Assembly (NCBI GenBank): GCA_028707005.1 | Contig: JAQTVB010000001.1 | Location: 755-64,754 of the forward strand | DNA length: 64,000 nt | Direction of reading: 5' to 3' | From: Patescibacteria group bacterium | Lineage (GTDB): Bacteria; Patescibacteriota; Patescibacteriia; Patescibacteriales; GWC2-42-12 | In this document: positions 35,700 through 45,330 of the stretch, piece after piece | Layout of the letters: every line of letters begins with the position of its first letter | Position numbering within the stretch: the first letter of the stretch is position 1 | The notes under the pieces: model-generated | Database searches by the model: none | What the model was told of the DNA's origin: nothing | Seen by the model: only the letters and a program-made list of their open reading frames with translations | Program-made: the position numbers and the translations under genes

Positions 35700-35990
35700 T
35701 AGGCGGAGCGGCTTACAGGCAAAAAACTGCCGGCTTAGCCGCTATGCTGACATTAGAGCCAAAAAACACCACGGCTCTGTCTGGCGAACACTTCGCCATT
35801 ATTATTTCGCGATCAACGCGCGCCCCCCAGCGCGTTCAACACCATAGACCACGGTAAGACGACAATAGCGACCACGCCGGCCCACCAGCGAAGTCGAATT
35901 CTCCTCACGCCATACTATGGCCCTGGCTTTCGCGAAATCAGCCTTGGGGAGGGCGAGCTGTTCAGCCGCTCTCCCCCTCTTTTTTTAAAT
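35700..35990 (+). ncRNA. Candidate structured ncRNA (~290 nt, GC-rich, multiple hairpins) ending at a strong intrinsic terminator; antisense to flanking genes; class unknown
   Basis: No ORF; GC island in AT-rich intergenic DNA; plus-strand terminator at 35946-35987 not attributable to any plus-strand CDS. Confidence 0.4.
35946..35987 (+). terminator. Intrinsic terminator ggggagggcgagc-tgttca-gccgctctcccc + CTCTTTTTTT
   Basis: 12-bp GC-rich stem plus T7. Confidence 0.8.
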
Positions 35991-36085
35991 CAACTTCAAC
36001 ATAAAAAAACCGCGCGACACCAACGGCTCGCGCTGAAAAAATTTGCCTCGCACCAAATATATTGCCTTAGATTCTGGAATCAAAC

Positions 36086-36418
36086 TTATTTGAACCTAAA
36101 TATTTTTTCTTCAAACTCTTCTATCCTGCCTTTAACCACTTCAACGCCTTCCAATTCCAGCAGTTCATTTTTCTTTTTCGCTCCCCGCGCGTACCCGCCC
36201 AAGCCGCCATCGCTTTTAACCACGCGGTGGCAAGGCGCTTGCGGCGCTTGCGGATTTTTATTCAAAGCATTGCCCACGGCGCGCGCAGCCTTGGGCCTGC
36301 CCAGATGCTTGGCCAGCTCTTGATAAGTCGTAACCCGGCCACGCGGAATTTTTTTCAGCGCTTGCCAGACTTTTTGATTGAATCCGGCTGATTTTATGTT
36401 CTTACATAATGTTGACAT
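36086..36418 (-). CDS. ogt: Methylated-DNA-[protein]-cysteine S-methyltransferase family (DNA-binding / active-site domain only, 110 aa)
   Basis: PCHRVV active-site motif and surrounding HTH. Confidence 0.8.
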   Translation of the reverse strand: MSTLCKNIKSAGFNQKVWQALKKIPRGRVTTYQELAKHLGRPKAARAVGNALNKNPQAPQAPCHRVVKSDGGLGGYARGAKKKNELLELEGVEVVKGRIEEFEEKIFRFK

Positions 36419-36466
36419 CTAACAAAAATTAGGCTAATTTAATATTATCACGGCAGAATAAAAACA

Positions 36467-36700
36467 ATGAGAGAAAACAAAATGAACTTTGCAACTTTTA
36501 TTCCTAAACTCGTGGCCAACCTTACCCAGGTCTCAACGCAACGGGTCGGCGAGCAGACGGTTATCCCCCCGGCAATACAGGAGGAAGTAATCAGCAACAT
36601 CGCCGCTGCTATTGAAACACAGTTGTTGACCTACAGAGCCAACAGCCTCAGAGTCGGAGAACTTGTGGCGGCGGTCAGAAACGTAACCGGAGGTTGCTGA
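36467..36700 (+). CDS. Hypothetical small protein (77 aa) followed by terminator
   Basis: ORF plus dedicated terminator. Confidence 0.4.
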   Translation: MRENKMNFATFIPKLVANLTQVSTQRVGEQTVIPPAIQEEVISNIAAAIETQLLTYRANSLRVGELVAAVRNVTGGC

Positions 36701-36717
36701 TCTGATCATCTCTCCCC

Positions 36718-36753
36718 GCTCGCCCGGTGTCTTAGCGCCGGGCGAGTTTTTTT
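36718..36753 (+). terminator. Intrinsic terminator gctcgcccgg-tgtcttag-cgccgggcgag + T9
   Basis: 10-bp stem plus T-run. Confidence 0.85.
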
Positions 36754-36863
36754 ATTTAAAAACAATACGAATTACGAATCAATTACTAATTTACCAATTC
36801 AATCGCTGATTTACCTAAATTTATTCGTAAATTCGTATAGAATTCGTAATTTGTATTGTTAAA

Positions 36864-37205
36864 CTATTTTATCAGCGCCTTAATGTTATCCGGCAAATTA
36901 TTCACGTCGACATTATTCAAATTAAGGTTGCCGGCCGAACCTTTAAGCAAATCCTGCACAGAACTGCCACCTAGCAACTCCTGATACTGGCCCATATAAG
37001 TCTTTAAAAGCGGCGGCAAATAAATCAAACCCAGAATCAGCGGCACGACAATCAATAGTAAATAGATCACGCTGATAATCTTCTGCAAAGTAATGTAGCG
37101 CTTGATGCTTTTGGTCAAGCGATAAATCTCCTGGCTATATTCCAGGTTTTGTTCCAATAATTTTTTAATCTGCTCTGTTTCGTTAGTTTTGTTTTCTTCA
37201 TCCAT
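36864..37205 (-). CDS. Hypothetical single-TM membrane protein (113 aa)
   Basis: ORF with central hydrophobic helix. Confidence 0.5.
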   Translation of the reverse strand: MDEENKTNETEQIKKLLEQNLEYSQEIYRLTKSIKRYITLQKIISVIYLLLIVVPLILGLIYLPPLLKTYMGQYQELLGGSSVQDLLKGSAGNLNLNNVDVNNLPDNIKALIK

Positions 37206-37312
37206 AAATTACCAATCAACAAATCAGCTACGAATAACACGAATACTCATAGAAAATTTGTAAATTTTTTTATTATTTGTGTCATTTGTGAATTAATTTG
37301 TTGATTTGTAAT

Positions 37313-38146
37313 TCATCTTACTTCACACCTCTCAACATATCTCCGCCCAATCTCCGCCATTTCGTTCATCTGCCGCGTGTTATACGGCACCCGGCCCTTT
37401 AAAGCCTCGTCCACCAAATCGACCCGGCTTTGAAAATTCTGCAGATACCAAAGCGCCGCACCCTTGATGATTTTTCCCATGGCCGCAATATCATTTCGAT
37501 CTATCAACTCCGGCACCACGGTTGTCCTGAATTCATAGGGCAAACCGTTCGCCATAACTATTTTAACACTTTCTTGAATTTTTTTTAAGTCTGCCGCCGC
37601 GCCGACAACTGCTTGGTATTTATCCAATGGCGCTTTAAGATCCATGGCCCAATAATCGATCAGCCCTTCCCTGATGAGCAATTCCAGCATCGCAGGATTG
37701 GTGCCGTTGGTGTCTAATTTCACTAAAAAGCCCAACGCTTTTATTTTTTTTGCAAATTCAGGCAAATCTCGCTGGAGCGTTGGCTCGCCGCCGGTAATCA
37801 CCACGGCATCCAGCTTCTTTAGCCGCGATTTCAAGAAGACAAAAAAGTCATCCTGGGTAATTAAAGGATGAACTTTTTGTTGCCCGCTAAGCGGGTTAGC
37901 GCCTGAGCGGGCATATTTCAACTTGCCATCCCTTGCCTGTGCGACTCCGGTCTTAATGGGCAAACCCGCGACAGTATTAACGAAAGAAGCGGGCTTGCCC
38001 GCCGAAGCTTCAGCGCAGGCGGGCCAGACAAGCATGGGGTTATAGCAAAAATGACAACGGAAATTGCAGCCTTGAGTAAAAACAATCGCGCTCACCTTTC
38101 CGGGATAATCCAATAAGCTGAATTTTTGTAAACCACCAATGGTCAT
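37313..38146 (-). CDS. nrdG: Anaerobic ribonucleoside-triphosphate reductase activating protein (radical SAM) with ~60-aa insertion
   Basis: LLDYPGKVSAIVFTQGCNFRCHFCYNP NrdG motif. Confidence 0.85.
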   Translation of the reverse strand: MTIGGLQKFSLLDYPGKVSAIVFTQGCNFRCHFCYNPMLVWPACAEASAGKPASFVNTVAGLPIKTGVAQARDGKLKYARSGANPLSGQQKVHPLITQDDFFVFLKSRLKKLDAVVITGGEPTLQRDLPEFAKKIKALGFLVKLDTNGTNPAMLELLIREGLIDYWAMDLKAPLDKYQAVVGAAADLKKIQESVKIVMANGLPYEFRTTVVPELIDRNDIAAMGKIIKGAALWYLQNFQSRVDLVDEALKGRVPYNTRQMNEMAEIGRRYVERCEVR

Positions 38147-38719
38147 AATGCGAATACTGCGAATTAATCGCGAATACTGCGAATTAATATTTGCGGCATT
38201 CGCATATCATTCGCGGATTCGCATTAATTTTGATTCACTTTATAAGTCTTGCGATTATAATACTCGGCCTGTTTGCCGTCGTTCCATTGCTGGACCGGCC
38301 GTAAATAACCGACGACGCGGGAATAAACTTCGCAAGCGGTTCTCTTGGTTTCAATGGGGCTCATAGATAATTTTCAATTTTCAATTTACTAATTTTCAAT
38401 CAATTTTCAATGCAACAATTCTTAAATTTTCAATTGGTTTTATCCGCCGTTTGAAAATTGAAAATTGTAAATTCATTGAAAATTGAAAACTGTAAATTGA
38501 AAATTTTTATTTTATTTTTTATTTACAATAAATATTTTAACAATGAGTATTTATGCAATAATCTATTGCACCTACTATTATAAACGGCATCACACAAAAT
38601 AAAACAACTAAAAGAAATATGACAAGCAAAATAGTAAAAAATAACTGATGTTTTTGAGATTCTCCCTTAATTTTAAATTTTACATTGTCATTTTCCATTT
38701 TGATTTTTACATTTTCAAC

Positions 38720-40789
38720 TTATATCAACGCGTGTTCAATCTCTTTGGCCACTTCCTCCTTAGGCGTATAACCGATCTCTTGGTCGCACTTGGGGCAGAA
38801 AAAATGTTCGCCGGCCAGATAACCGTGCTTGGGGCAGACGGAAAAGGTCGGCGTAACCGTAAAGTACGGCAAACGATAGCGATTGACTATCTTCTGCACC
38901 AAACTCTTGACCGCTTCGGCCGAGGGCATGGCCTCGCCGATAAAACCGTGCAAAACCGTGCCGCCGGTATATTTGGTCTGCATTTCATCCTGCAAATCCA
39001 AAGCTTCAAACAAGTCATGCGTATAATTCACTGGTAAGTGGCTGGAATTGGTATAGTAGGGCGAAGCTTTGCCGGCTTCCACCGCTTCGTTATTGGCCAC
39101 AATAATATCTTTATATTTATCTTTATCAATTCTGGACAAGCGCCGGGTTACGCCCTCGGCCGGCGTGGCTTCCAGGTTGTATAGATGATTGGTTTTTCCT
39201 TGATAATCCAGAACTTTATTTCTCATGTAATCCAAAACCTGCAAAGCAAATTCCCGGCCCTCCGGCGTGACAATGCCTTTCTTGATCGGCGCAAAATTCA
39301 GCAAAGCTTCATTCATGCCGATAATGCCGATGGTGGAGAAATGATTATTCCAAAAGCCGCCGAAGCGCTCTCTAATATTATTTAAATAATATTTAGCGTA
39401 AGGATAAAGCCCTTTTTCCGTTAAATCTTCCAGCGCCTTGCGTTTTATTTCCAGGCTCTCCGAGGCAATCTGCATTAAATTATCCAGCCGTTCAAAAAAT
39501 TCTTCTTTAGTCTTGGATAAATAGCCGACGCGCGGCAAATTAACGGTGACCACGCCGATGGAACCGGTCAAAGGGTTGGCCGCGAACAAACCGCCGCCTC
39601 GTTTTCTTAATTCGCGATTATCCAGGCGCAGACGGCAGCACATAGAACGAGCGTCTTCCGGATTCATGTCGCTATTGATAAAATTGGAAAAATAAGGAAT
39701 GCCGTACTTGGCCGTCATTTCAAAGACCTTGCCGGCGACCGGCGAATCCCACTGGAATTCTTTGGTAATATTGTAAGTCGGGATCGGGAAAGTAAACACC
39801 CGGCCCTTGGCGTCGCCCGCCATCATCAATTCGGCGAAAGCCAAATTAATCATGTCCATTTCCGGCTGAAATTCTTTATACTTCTCCGGCATAATCTTGC
39901 CGCCAATAATCACATTCTCTTCGCCGGTGGTCGGCCCGGGCACTAAATCCATGGTGATGTTAGTAAAAGGCGTCTGAAAACCCACTCTGGTCGGCACGTT
40001 GACGTTAAACAAAAACTCCTGCATGGCTTGCTTAACTTCCTGATAATTAAGATGGTCGTATCTGACGAATGGCGCTAAATAAGTGTCAAAATTGGAAAAA
40101 GCTTCAGCTCCGGCCACTTCGCCCTGCAAAGTATAGAAAAAATTAATAATTTGCCCTAAGGCCGTCCTTAGATGCTTGGCCGGCCGGGATTCAACCTTGC
40201 CGGAAACTCCGCCAAAACCGCGGATTAAAAGATCTTTTAGATCCCAGCCGGCGCAATAAGCGGCTAACAATTGGAGATCATGAAGATGCAAATCTCCGTT
40301 TTTATGGGCATCTCTGATGTTTTGCGTATAAACCTGGTTTAACCAATAATTAGAAGAAATCGCTGAAGCCAAATGATTATTTAAGCCCTGCAGCGAGTAG
40401 CTCATGTTGGAATTTTCTTTAACGCGCCAATCACTCTGCTTCAGATAGCCTTCCATCAATTCATCGGAATTGATCATGGATTTCATCTCGCGCAGGCGCG
40501 CGCGCTGATCGCGGTACAGAATATAGGCTTTAGCGGTTTTAATCTGCCGGTTCTTAATTAAAATTTCTTCCACCAAATCCTGCACCTCTTCCACCGCCGG
40601 AATGGAGCGGGCGTGAAATTTCTCATTCAAAGTCGCCACCACCTGGTCAGCGAACTTTTTCGCCAAAAACATATCAGGCTTGCCCACGGCTTCGGTTGCT
40701 TTATAAATCGCGTTTACCAATTTAGTCTGGTCAAACGGCGCGATTTCTCCGGAACGTTTTAATATTTGGTTAATCGTATTCTCCGCCAT
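38720..40789 (-). CDS. nrdD: Anaerobic ribonucleoside-triphosphate reductase (class III), ATP-cone N-terminus, C-terminal Zn ribbon; glycyl-radical loop appears as EIGYTP instead of RVxGY
   Basis: SMCCRLRLD thiyl-radical motif, ATP-cone, CPKHGY...CPKCDQ. Confidence 0.9.
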   Translation of the reverse strand: MAENTINQILKRSGEIAPFDQTKLVNAIYKATEAVGKPDMFLAKKFADQVVATLNEKFHARSIPAVEEVQDLVEEILIKNRQIKTAKAYILYRDQRARLREMKSMINSDELMEGYLKQSDWRVKENSNMSYSLQGLNNHLASAISSNYWLNQVYTQNIRDAHKNGDLHLHDLQLLAAYCAGWDLKDLLIRGFGGVSGKVESRPAKHLRTALGQIINFFYTLQGEVAGAEAFSNFDTYLAPFVRYDHLNYQEVKQAMQEFLFNVNVPTRVGFQTPFTNITMDLVPGPTTGEENVIIGGKIMPEKYKEFQPEMDMINLAFAELMMAGDAKGRVFTFPIPTYNITKEFQWDSPVAGKVFEMTAKYGIPYFSNFINSDMNPEDARSMCCRLRLDNRELRKRGGGLFAANPLTGSIGVVTVNLPRVGYLSKTKEEFFERLDNLMQIASESLEIKRKALEDLTEKGLYPYAKYYLNNIRERFGGFWNNHFSTIGIIGMNEALLNFAPIKKGIVTPEGREFALQVLDYMRNKVLDYQGKTNHLYNLEATPAEGVTRRLSRIDKDKYKDIIVANNEAVEAGKASPYYTNSSHLPVNYTHDLFEALDLQDEMQTKYTGGTVLHGFIGEAMPSAEAVKSLVQKIVNRYRLPYFTVTPTFSVCPKHGYLAGEHFFCPKCDQEIGYTPKEEVAKEIEHALI

Positions 40790-40865
40790 ATCATTTTGTT
40801 TAATATAAATTTAATTTTCTCACCGCTTGCCTCGCCGAAGTTTTAGCGAAGGCGGGAATCCGGAT

Positions 40866-41351
40866 TTATTTTTTTGTTTTCTTGCTTTCTTGCTTTCTTG
40901 TTTTCTTCAGCAGCTTGTTCAATTCCCGCCTGAATTCGTGGGCGTCTTTAAATGATTCATAAACACTGGCGAAACGGATATAGGCAACCTGATCAAACCG
41001 CTTCAAATTCTTCATGACGATTTGCCCGATATGGTCCGAAGTTACTTCGTTTTTCCTTAAAATTTGCAAGTCGCGCTCAATCAGATTAACCAGCTTCTTG
41101 AAGTTATCGTCCGTGACCGGCCTTTTTTCCAAGGCTCGCTTCAAGCCTTTGACTAACTTCTCTCTGGAATATGATTCTTTGCGGCCATCGCGCTTAACCA
41201 CTACCAGATCCAGAATTTCCACCTCCTCATAAGTAGAAAACCTAAAACCACACTTTAAGCACTCGCGCCTCCGTCTGATAGACAAGCCGTCTGCCGCCAC
41301 TCTGGAGTCAATCACCTTGGAATCTTCATAATAACAGGCTGGACATCTCAT
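40866..41351 (-). CDS. nrdR: Transcriptional repressor NrdR (start MRCPAC; ORF extends to 41393); C-terminal KQESKKTKK tail encoded by the (caagaaag)n repeat
   Basis: MRCPACYYEDSKVIDSRVAADGLSIRRRRECLKCGFRFSTYE zinc ribbon plus ATP-cone. Confidence 0.95.
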   Translation of the reverse strand: MRCPACYYEDSKVIDSRVAADGLSIRRRRECLKCGFRFSTYEEVEILDLVVVKRDGRKESYSREKLVKGLKRALEKRPVTDDNFKKLVNLIERDLQILRKNEVTSDHIGQIVMKNLKRFDQVAYIRFASVYESFKDAHEFRRELNKLLKKTRKQESKKTKK

Positions 41352-41387
41352 ATAAGACACTAAGTTACACGGATTAGAAACCAATTT

Positions 41388-41406
41388 ACACAAATTAAAT
41401 TTGTGT
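41388..41406. promoter_or_regulatory. NrdR-box-like palindrome acacaaattaaatttgtgt upstream of nrdR (second half-site taatttgtgtt at 41417-41428)
   Basis: Matches NrdR box consensus acaCwAtATaTwGtgt; positioned in promoter region of nrdR-nrdD-nrdG. Confidence 0.6.
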
Positions 41407-41724
41407 TCATTCGTCCATAATTTGTGTTAATCTGCGTCTACCCCAAATAAAAAAGCACCTATGCTGCCAAAAAATCATAAAAAGTGCTTTATCGGGCGGG
41501 AGGGAAATTAACCATATCTTGTGATTGCTAATTTAATTATACCACTAGGGATAGTATGGTCAAGTTCAAGCCCTTTGGCTAATTTTAGTTTAGTTTTTCA
41601 AAAATATTTCACAATGTTTCGTTTTGATTTCCCACTGCTCGATTCGAGGCTGTGGATATGTGGATATGTCGGCACCGACCAGGCGAATTCGGCCGCGATT
41701 GGCGCCGGCTGACCTGAAAAAAAA

Positions 41725-42528
41725 TTATTCAGCGCTAAATCTGGCCAGTTGCCCATTCTTAAGGTTGCGGCGATAAACCATAAACAGAAATAGGCTCATC
41801 GCTACCAAATAGAGCAAGGCTAGGCCAGCGCCGATCAAAAAATTATTCAATAATGGGGCTGTTGGATCGCCATTAACGATGCCGCGCAGGCTTTCAAAGA
41901 CATAAGAAGGCGGAATCGCCTTGGCAACTATCTGCAAACTCGCCGGCAGAGTGGCTACCGGATAAAAAACGCCGGCAAAAACCGACAAAGCAAAAGGTAT
42001 GGGCCAACCCAGCCACTCGGCTGCCGGGCCAAAACGCAGAATAATCGCAGTCATCAACAAGCCCAGGGCTATGCCGAAAATCAAGAGCACCACCAAGAAC
42101 GGCAAAACGGCCAGGCCAACCCTAAAAATGTCATAGCCGAAAGCCAGGCCAGCGAACAAGGCGTTAATAAGAAAGGCGGCAACGCCAGTGGTCAGGCCGG
42201 TCACCACCAAGCCGGCGACATATTCTTTAAGCCGCAGAGGCGAAGCAAAAAAATTGACGAAATTCTGCGTCCAGACATCTTCTAAGAATCCGGTCATTAA
42301 GCCGTGCATAATCCGGCTGAAAAAATCCCAAAGAATAATTGCGCCTAAAATCACGTTAGCAAAAGTAAAAGTCGCCTGGCCGAAAGTGCTTAAATAGCGA
42401 TTAATGAACCCCCACATCACGATGTCCAGCAACGGCCAGAGGAAAATTGCGACCAAGCGCACCGGGTTGCCTTTAAATAGAAAAAGCTGGCGGACAAAGA
42501 TGGCGTAAATTTTGCATAGCATCATCAT
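41725..42528 (-). CDS. ABC-2 type transporter permease
   Basis: 6 TM, 267 aa, immediately downstream of ATPase. Confidence 0.75.
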   Translation of the reverse strand: MMMLCKIYAIFVRQLFLFKGNPVRLVAIFLWPLLDIVMWGFINRYLSTFGQATFTFANVILGAIILWDFFSRIMHGLMTGFLEDVWTQNFVNFFASPLRLKEYVAGLVVTGLTTGVAAFLINALFAGLAFGYDIFRVGLAVLPFLVVLLIFGIALGLLMTAIILRFGPAAEWLGWPIPFALSVFAGVFYPVATLPASLQIVAKAIPPSYVFESLRGIVNGDPTAPLLNNFLIGAGLALLYLVAMSLFLFMVYRRNLKNGQLARFSAE

Positions 42529-42542
42529 AGACTTGTTAAGCG

Positions 42543-43289
42543 CTATCGCTCAAAAGTTAACGGCTCCCTGGCCACAGCAATGAATAGCTCTTCCAAATCC
42601 TTCTTCCCCTGTAGAGCGGGCAAAGTCTTGGGGTCGCCGGCCAATAAAACTTTGCCATGGGACATAAAAAGCACGCGGCCGCAAACATCGGTAATTTCCG
42701 CCATATTATGCGAGGTCCAAAGCACGGCGGCGCCGCTTTTTTTTACATAATCTTTAATAATCTGCCTGATTAAATGCGCGATACTCGGATCCAAAGAAGC
42801 TGTCGGCTCGTCGAGCAACAGCAGCTTAGGCTCATTAATAATGGCCTTGGCTAAATTTAAGCGGCTGGCTTCGCCGGAAGATAAAAGTCCGACCTTAGTT
42901 TTGGCAAATTTCTGCAAAGAAAAATCTGCCAATAAAAAATTTATGCGCTGCTGCAGGTTTTTCACGCCATAAAGCAGGCCGAAAATATAAAGATTCTGGC
43001 GAACCGTTAAATTGGCGGGCAAATGCGCGTAAACAGCGGCAAAATTAGTCTGGCGGCTGATTGCCTCGCGCTGAGTTTTCAAATCTTTGCCTAAGATTTC
43101 AATCCTGCCGGCGCTCGGCTCCAAAATGCCCAAAATCATATTGATGGTCGTGGTTTTGCCCGCGCCATTGGGGCCCAAGAGGCCGACGATTTCTCCGGCT
43201 TTAATCTCAAAAGAAACCTGATCAACCGCTTTAACCGCCCGATATTGCTTTGTCAGCTTATTAAGACGTAAAATTGTTTCTTGGGACAT
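42543..43289 (-). CDS. ABC transporter ATP-binding protein
   Basis: GPNGAGKTT Walker A, LSSGE signature, LLLDEPT Walker B. Confidence 0.95.
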   Translation of the reverse strand: MSQETILRLNKLTKQYRAVKAVDQVSFEIKAGEIVGLLGPNGAGKTTTINMILGILEPSAGRIEILGKDLKTQREAISRQTNFAAVYAHLPANLTVRQNLYIFGLLYGVKNLQQRINFLLADFSLQKFAKTKVGLLSSGEASRLNLAKAIINEPKLLLLDEPTASLDPSIAHLIRQIIKDYVKKSGAAVLWTSHNMAEITDVCGRVLFMSHGKVLLAGDPKTLPALQGKKDLEELFIAVAREPLTFER

Positions 43290-43297
43290 GTGAACTT

Positions 43298-44266
43298 TTA
43301 TTTTTTAATAAAACGTCGGTAAGCCTTTTTGCCCAAATAATATAAGAGCCAAATAACCAAGGCATAAACTATCAACGCCGGCAGGACAACAACTAAAAAG
43401 CCAATCAAACCGTCAACAAAATTCTGGCCATTGACCAATAGCTGCTTAACCGAGTTTTTCACTACCTGCCAGGGGCGCCAGTCGTCCGCTGCCGGCGCAA
43501 TCGTTACGTCTTCGCTGATATTTGCCGTAATGGTGGACATATCGGTTTGAGAATCAAGGTAGCGCTGCTGGCCCTCCAGCTGTTCAATCTCGCCCCGCAC
43601 CGCGGCCAACTCTTTGGTCACGGCTAAAATTTCTTCCATCTTGCCCGAACGATTTAATAAGGCTAAAAAGGAAGCCTCCTCGGCGCGCTTATTTTTTAGA
43701 CACGCCTCCAGGTCAATATACTCGGCGGTGATATCTTGAGCGTTAGTGGATTCGGATAAAACCTGCGTAGCCACTTTTTTAATTGCCGTGAAAGCGGCGG
43801 TAAAATGGTTAAAGGGCACGCGCACGGTGATGGAGCCGGCTTTAACGCCGCGGCTTGATTCATAAAAATTTGAATTGGCCACTTCCCCTTGGTTTATTTT
43901 AGCGATATTGGCAATTGCTTCAGCGGCGCTCTCTGTTTTCTCCACCTTAAGGCTTAAACTGCCGGTTCTAATCACCTTTTTTTCTGCAGTTGCGCCAGAA
44001 TTGGCAACTGCAGAACCGCTCGCGCCGGCCGATGAGGCCATGTCTTGCGCCACTTCACCTTTAAAAACGACATTGCTCATGGCCGATGGCGACATGAGCG
44101 ATAAAGCGCCGGCAACACCCGACTCTTCGGCGGCAATATTATAACTGATGCTATGAGTGGTTGCCGCGCCTTGGCCCAGGCTCTTAACCATAATCACCAG
44201 GCCAACATAAAAAACCGCTAGCACCAGCAGAGCGATTCCGGCAATTTTTAAAATTTTTTTTGTCAT
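43298..44266 (-). CDS. DUF4349-like protein (N-terminal TM, coiled coil, C-terminal TM), partner of the ABC exporter
   Basis: Architecture and synteny; family assignment from memory. Confidence 0.5.
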   Translation of the reverse strand: MTKKILKIAGIALLVLAVFYVGLVIMVKSLGQGAATTHSISYNIAAEESGVAGALSLMSPSAMSNVVFKGEVAQDMASSAGASGSAVANSGATAEKKVIRTGSLSLKVEKTESAAEAIANIAKINQGEVANSNFYESSRGVKAGSITVRVPFNHFTAAFTAIKKVATQVLSESTNAQDITAEYIDLEACLKNKRAEEASFLALLNRSGKMEEILAVTKELAAVRGEIEQLEGQQRYLDSQTDMSTITANISEDVTIAPAADDWRPWQVVKNSVKQLLVNGQNFVDGLIGFLVVVLPALIVYALVIWLLYYLGKKAYRRFIKK

Positions 44267-44310
44267 AAGCTAGATGAATTATAAATTAACGGATAATTCT
44301 TAAAAACTAT

Positions 44311-44799
44311 TTAATTGCTCACTTGAAAATATTTATCGCTGCCATTCCAGCCCCGGCTACCCTGAAAAATTCCTTTGCCGCCAGCCGGGGTGGGCGCGCT
44401 TAAGCCAGAAAGGCTCACTGCCGCGTCTTTGTTCTCCAAATTGGCATACAAAGCGCACTGGCCAGAATCAGTTACTAGATATTTATAATTGGACGCGGCC
44501 TCTGTGCCGGTCTTGGGGTCGCGAATGTTCTTCGGGATATTGGCGCTATACTGCGGATATTTAGCCGCGTATTCGGCGATCAGCTCGTTTAAATCATACT
44601 CGCCCGCCCCGGCGCCGGGCAATAAACAGCCAAGGCTGAAAAAGCGCCCAATCTCGCTTAAGTCGTTCATTCGCTTGGCGTCGCGCGCTTTGACCATGGC
44701 ACCGCCCAAATAAACAACAGTCAGGCTGGCTAAGACGCCGATGATGGCGATAACCAGTAAAACTTCAATTAGAGTAAAAGCTTTGGTTGATTTGGGCAT
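44311..44799 (-). CDS. Type IV pilin-like protein (prepilin-type N-terminal cleavage/methylation domain KAFTLIEVLLVIAIIGVLA). The ORF continues in frame to 45249 through an AT-rich 150-aa membrane segment; start called at MPKSTK.
   Basis: Class III signal peptide motif; composition break at 44800. Confidence 0.7.
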   Translation of the reverse strand: MPKSTKAFTLIEVLLVIAIIGVLASLTVVYLGGAMVKARDAKRMNDLSEIGRFFSLGCLLPGAGAGEYDLNELIAEYAAKYPQYSANIPKNIRDPKTGTEAASNYKYLVTDSGQCALYANLENKDAAVSLSGLSAPTPAGGKGIFQGSRGWNGSDKYFQVSN

Positions 44800-45330
44800 C
44801 CGTTTTTTATCTCTAAAAATAAAGGTGAAAAGAATAAAAAAAATAATGCAAGGCACTATTGCCGTTCCCCAGAACGACAATTGATATAAAATTAATATGA
44901 TCCATGAATTTGGTAATTTCGCGGCCGAAGACATGAATGAAACAGGTATTATAAATGTACCTATCCCAACCAGTGTTAAAGCACTCACCCGTTTTAGCCA
45001 TAATAAAGATAGCTTGTCTTTTGTAAGTTCAAAAAATATATATATAACAAAATAGATAGCGATGACAATACTATAAGAAAGTACGATATTATCTGATTTT
45101 GTCTTATCATAAATATTAAAAAAATTATACATTACACCCGAAAAAAACATAGCAACTACTATGACAAATTGAATTCTGTTTTCAATTTCCTTGATGATAG
45201 TTTTTTTGTCAATATTTTCGTTACTCATAGTATTCCTTAACTTTACCATTCTTAAACCAATTTTTCAACTTCGCTAAAACACAAAAACACCGTCCCCTCC
45301 TAAACGGTGTTTTGCGTTTTATAAAAAAGG

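Noticed and set aside
35700-35990. RNase P RNA or SRP RNA assignment for the candidate ncRNA
   Set aside because: The conserved P4 strands (AGGAAAGTCCGGGC / ACAGAANCCGGCTTA) and the SRP domain IV GGAA/AGCAGC motifs were not found by eye, so the class is left open.
38648-39037. Plus-strand ORF 38648..39037
   Set aside because: Antisense to nrdD; starts in the AT-rich spacer.
44800-45249. Pilin start at 45249
   Set aside because: A 150-aa leader is incompatible with a prepilin-peptidase substrate, and the composition changes sharply at 44800.
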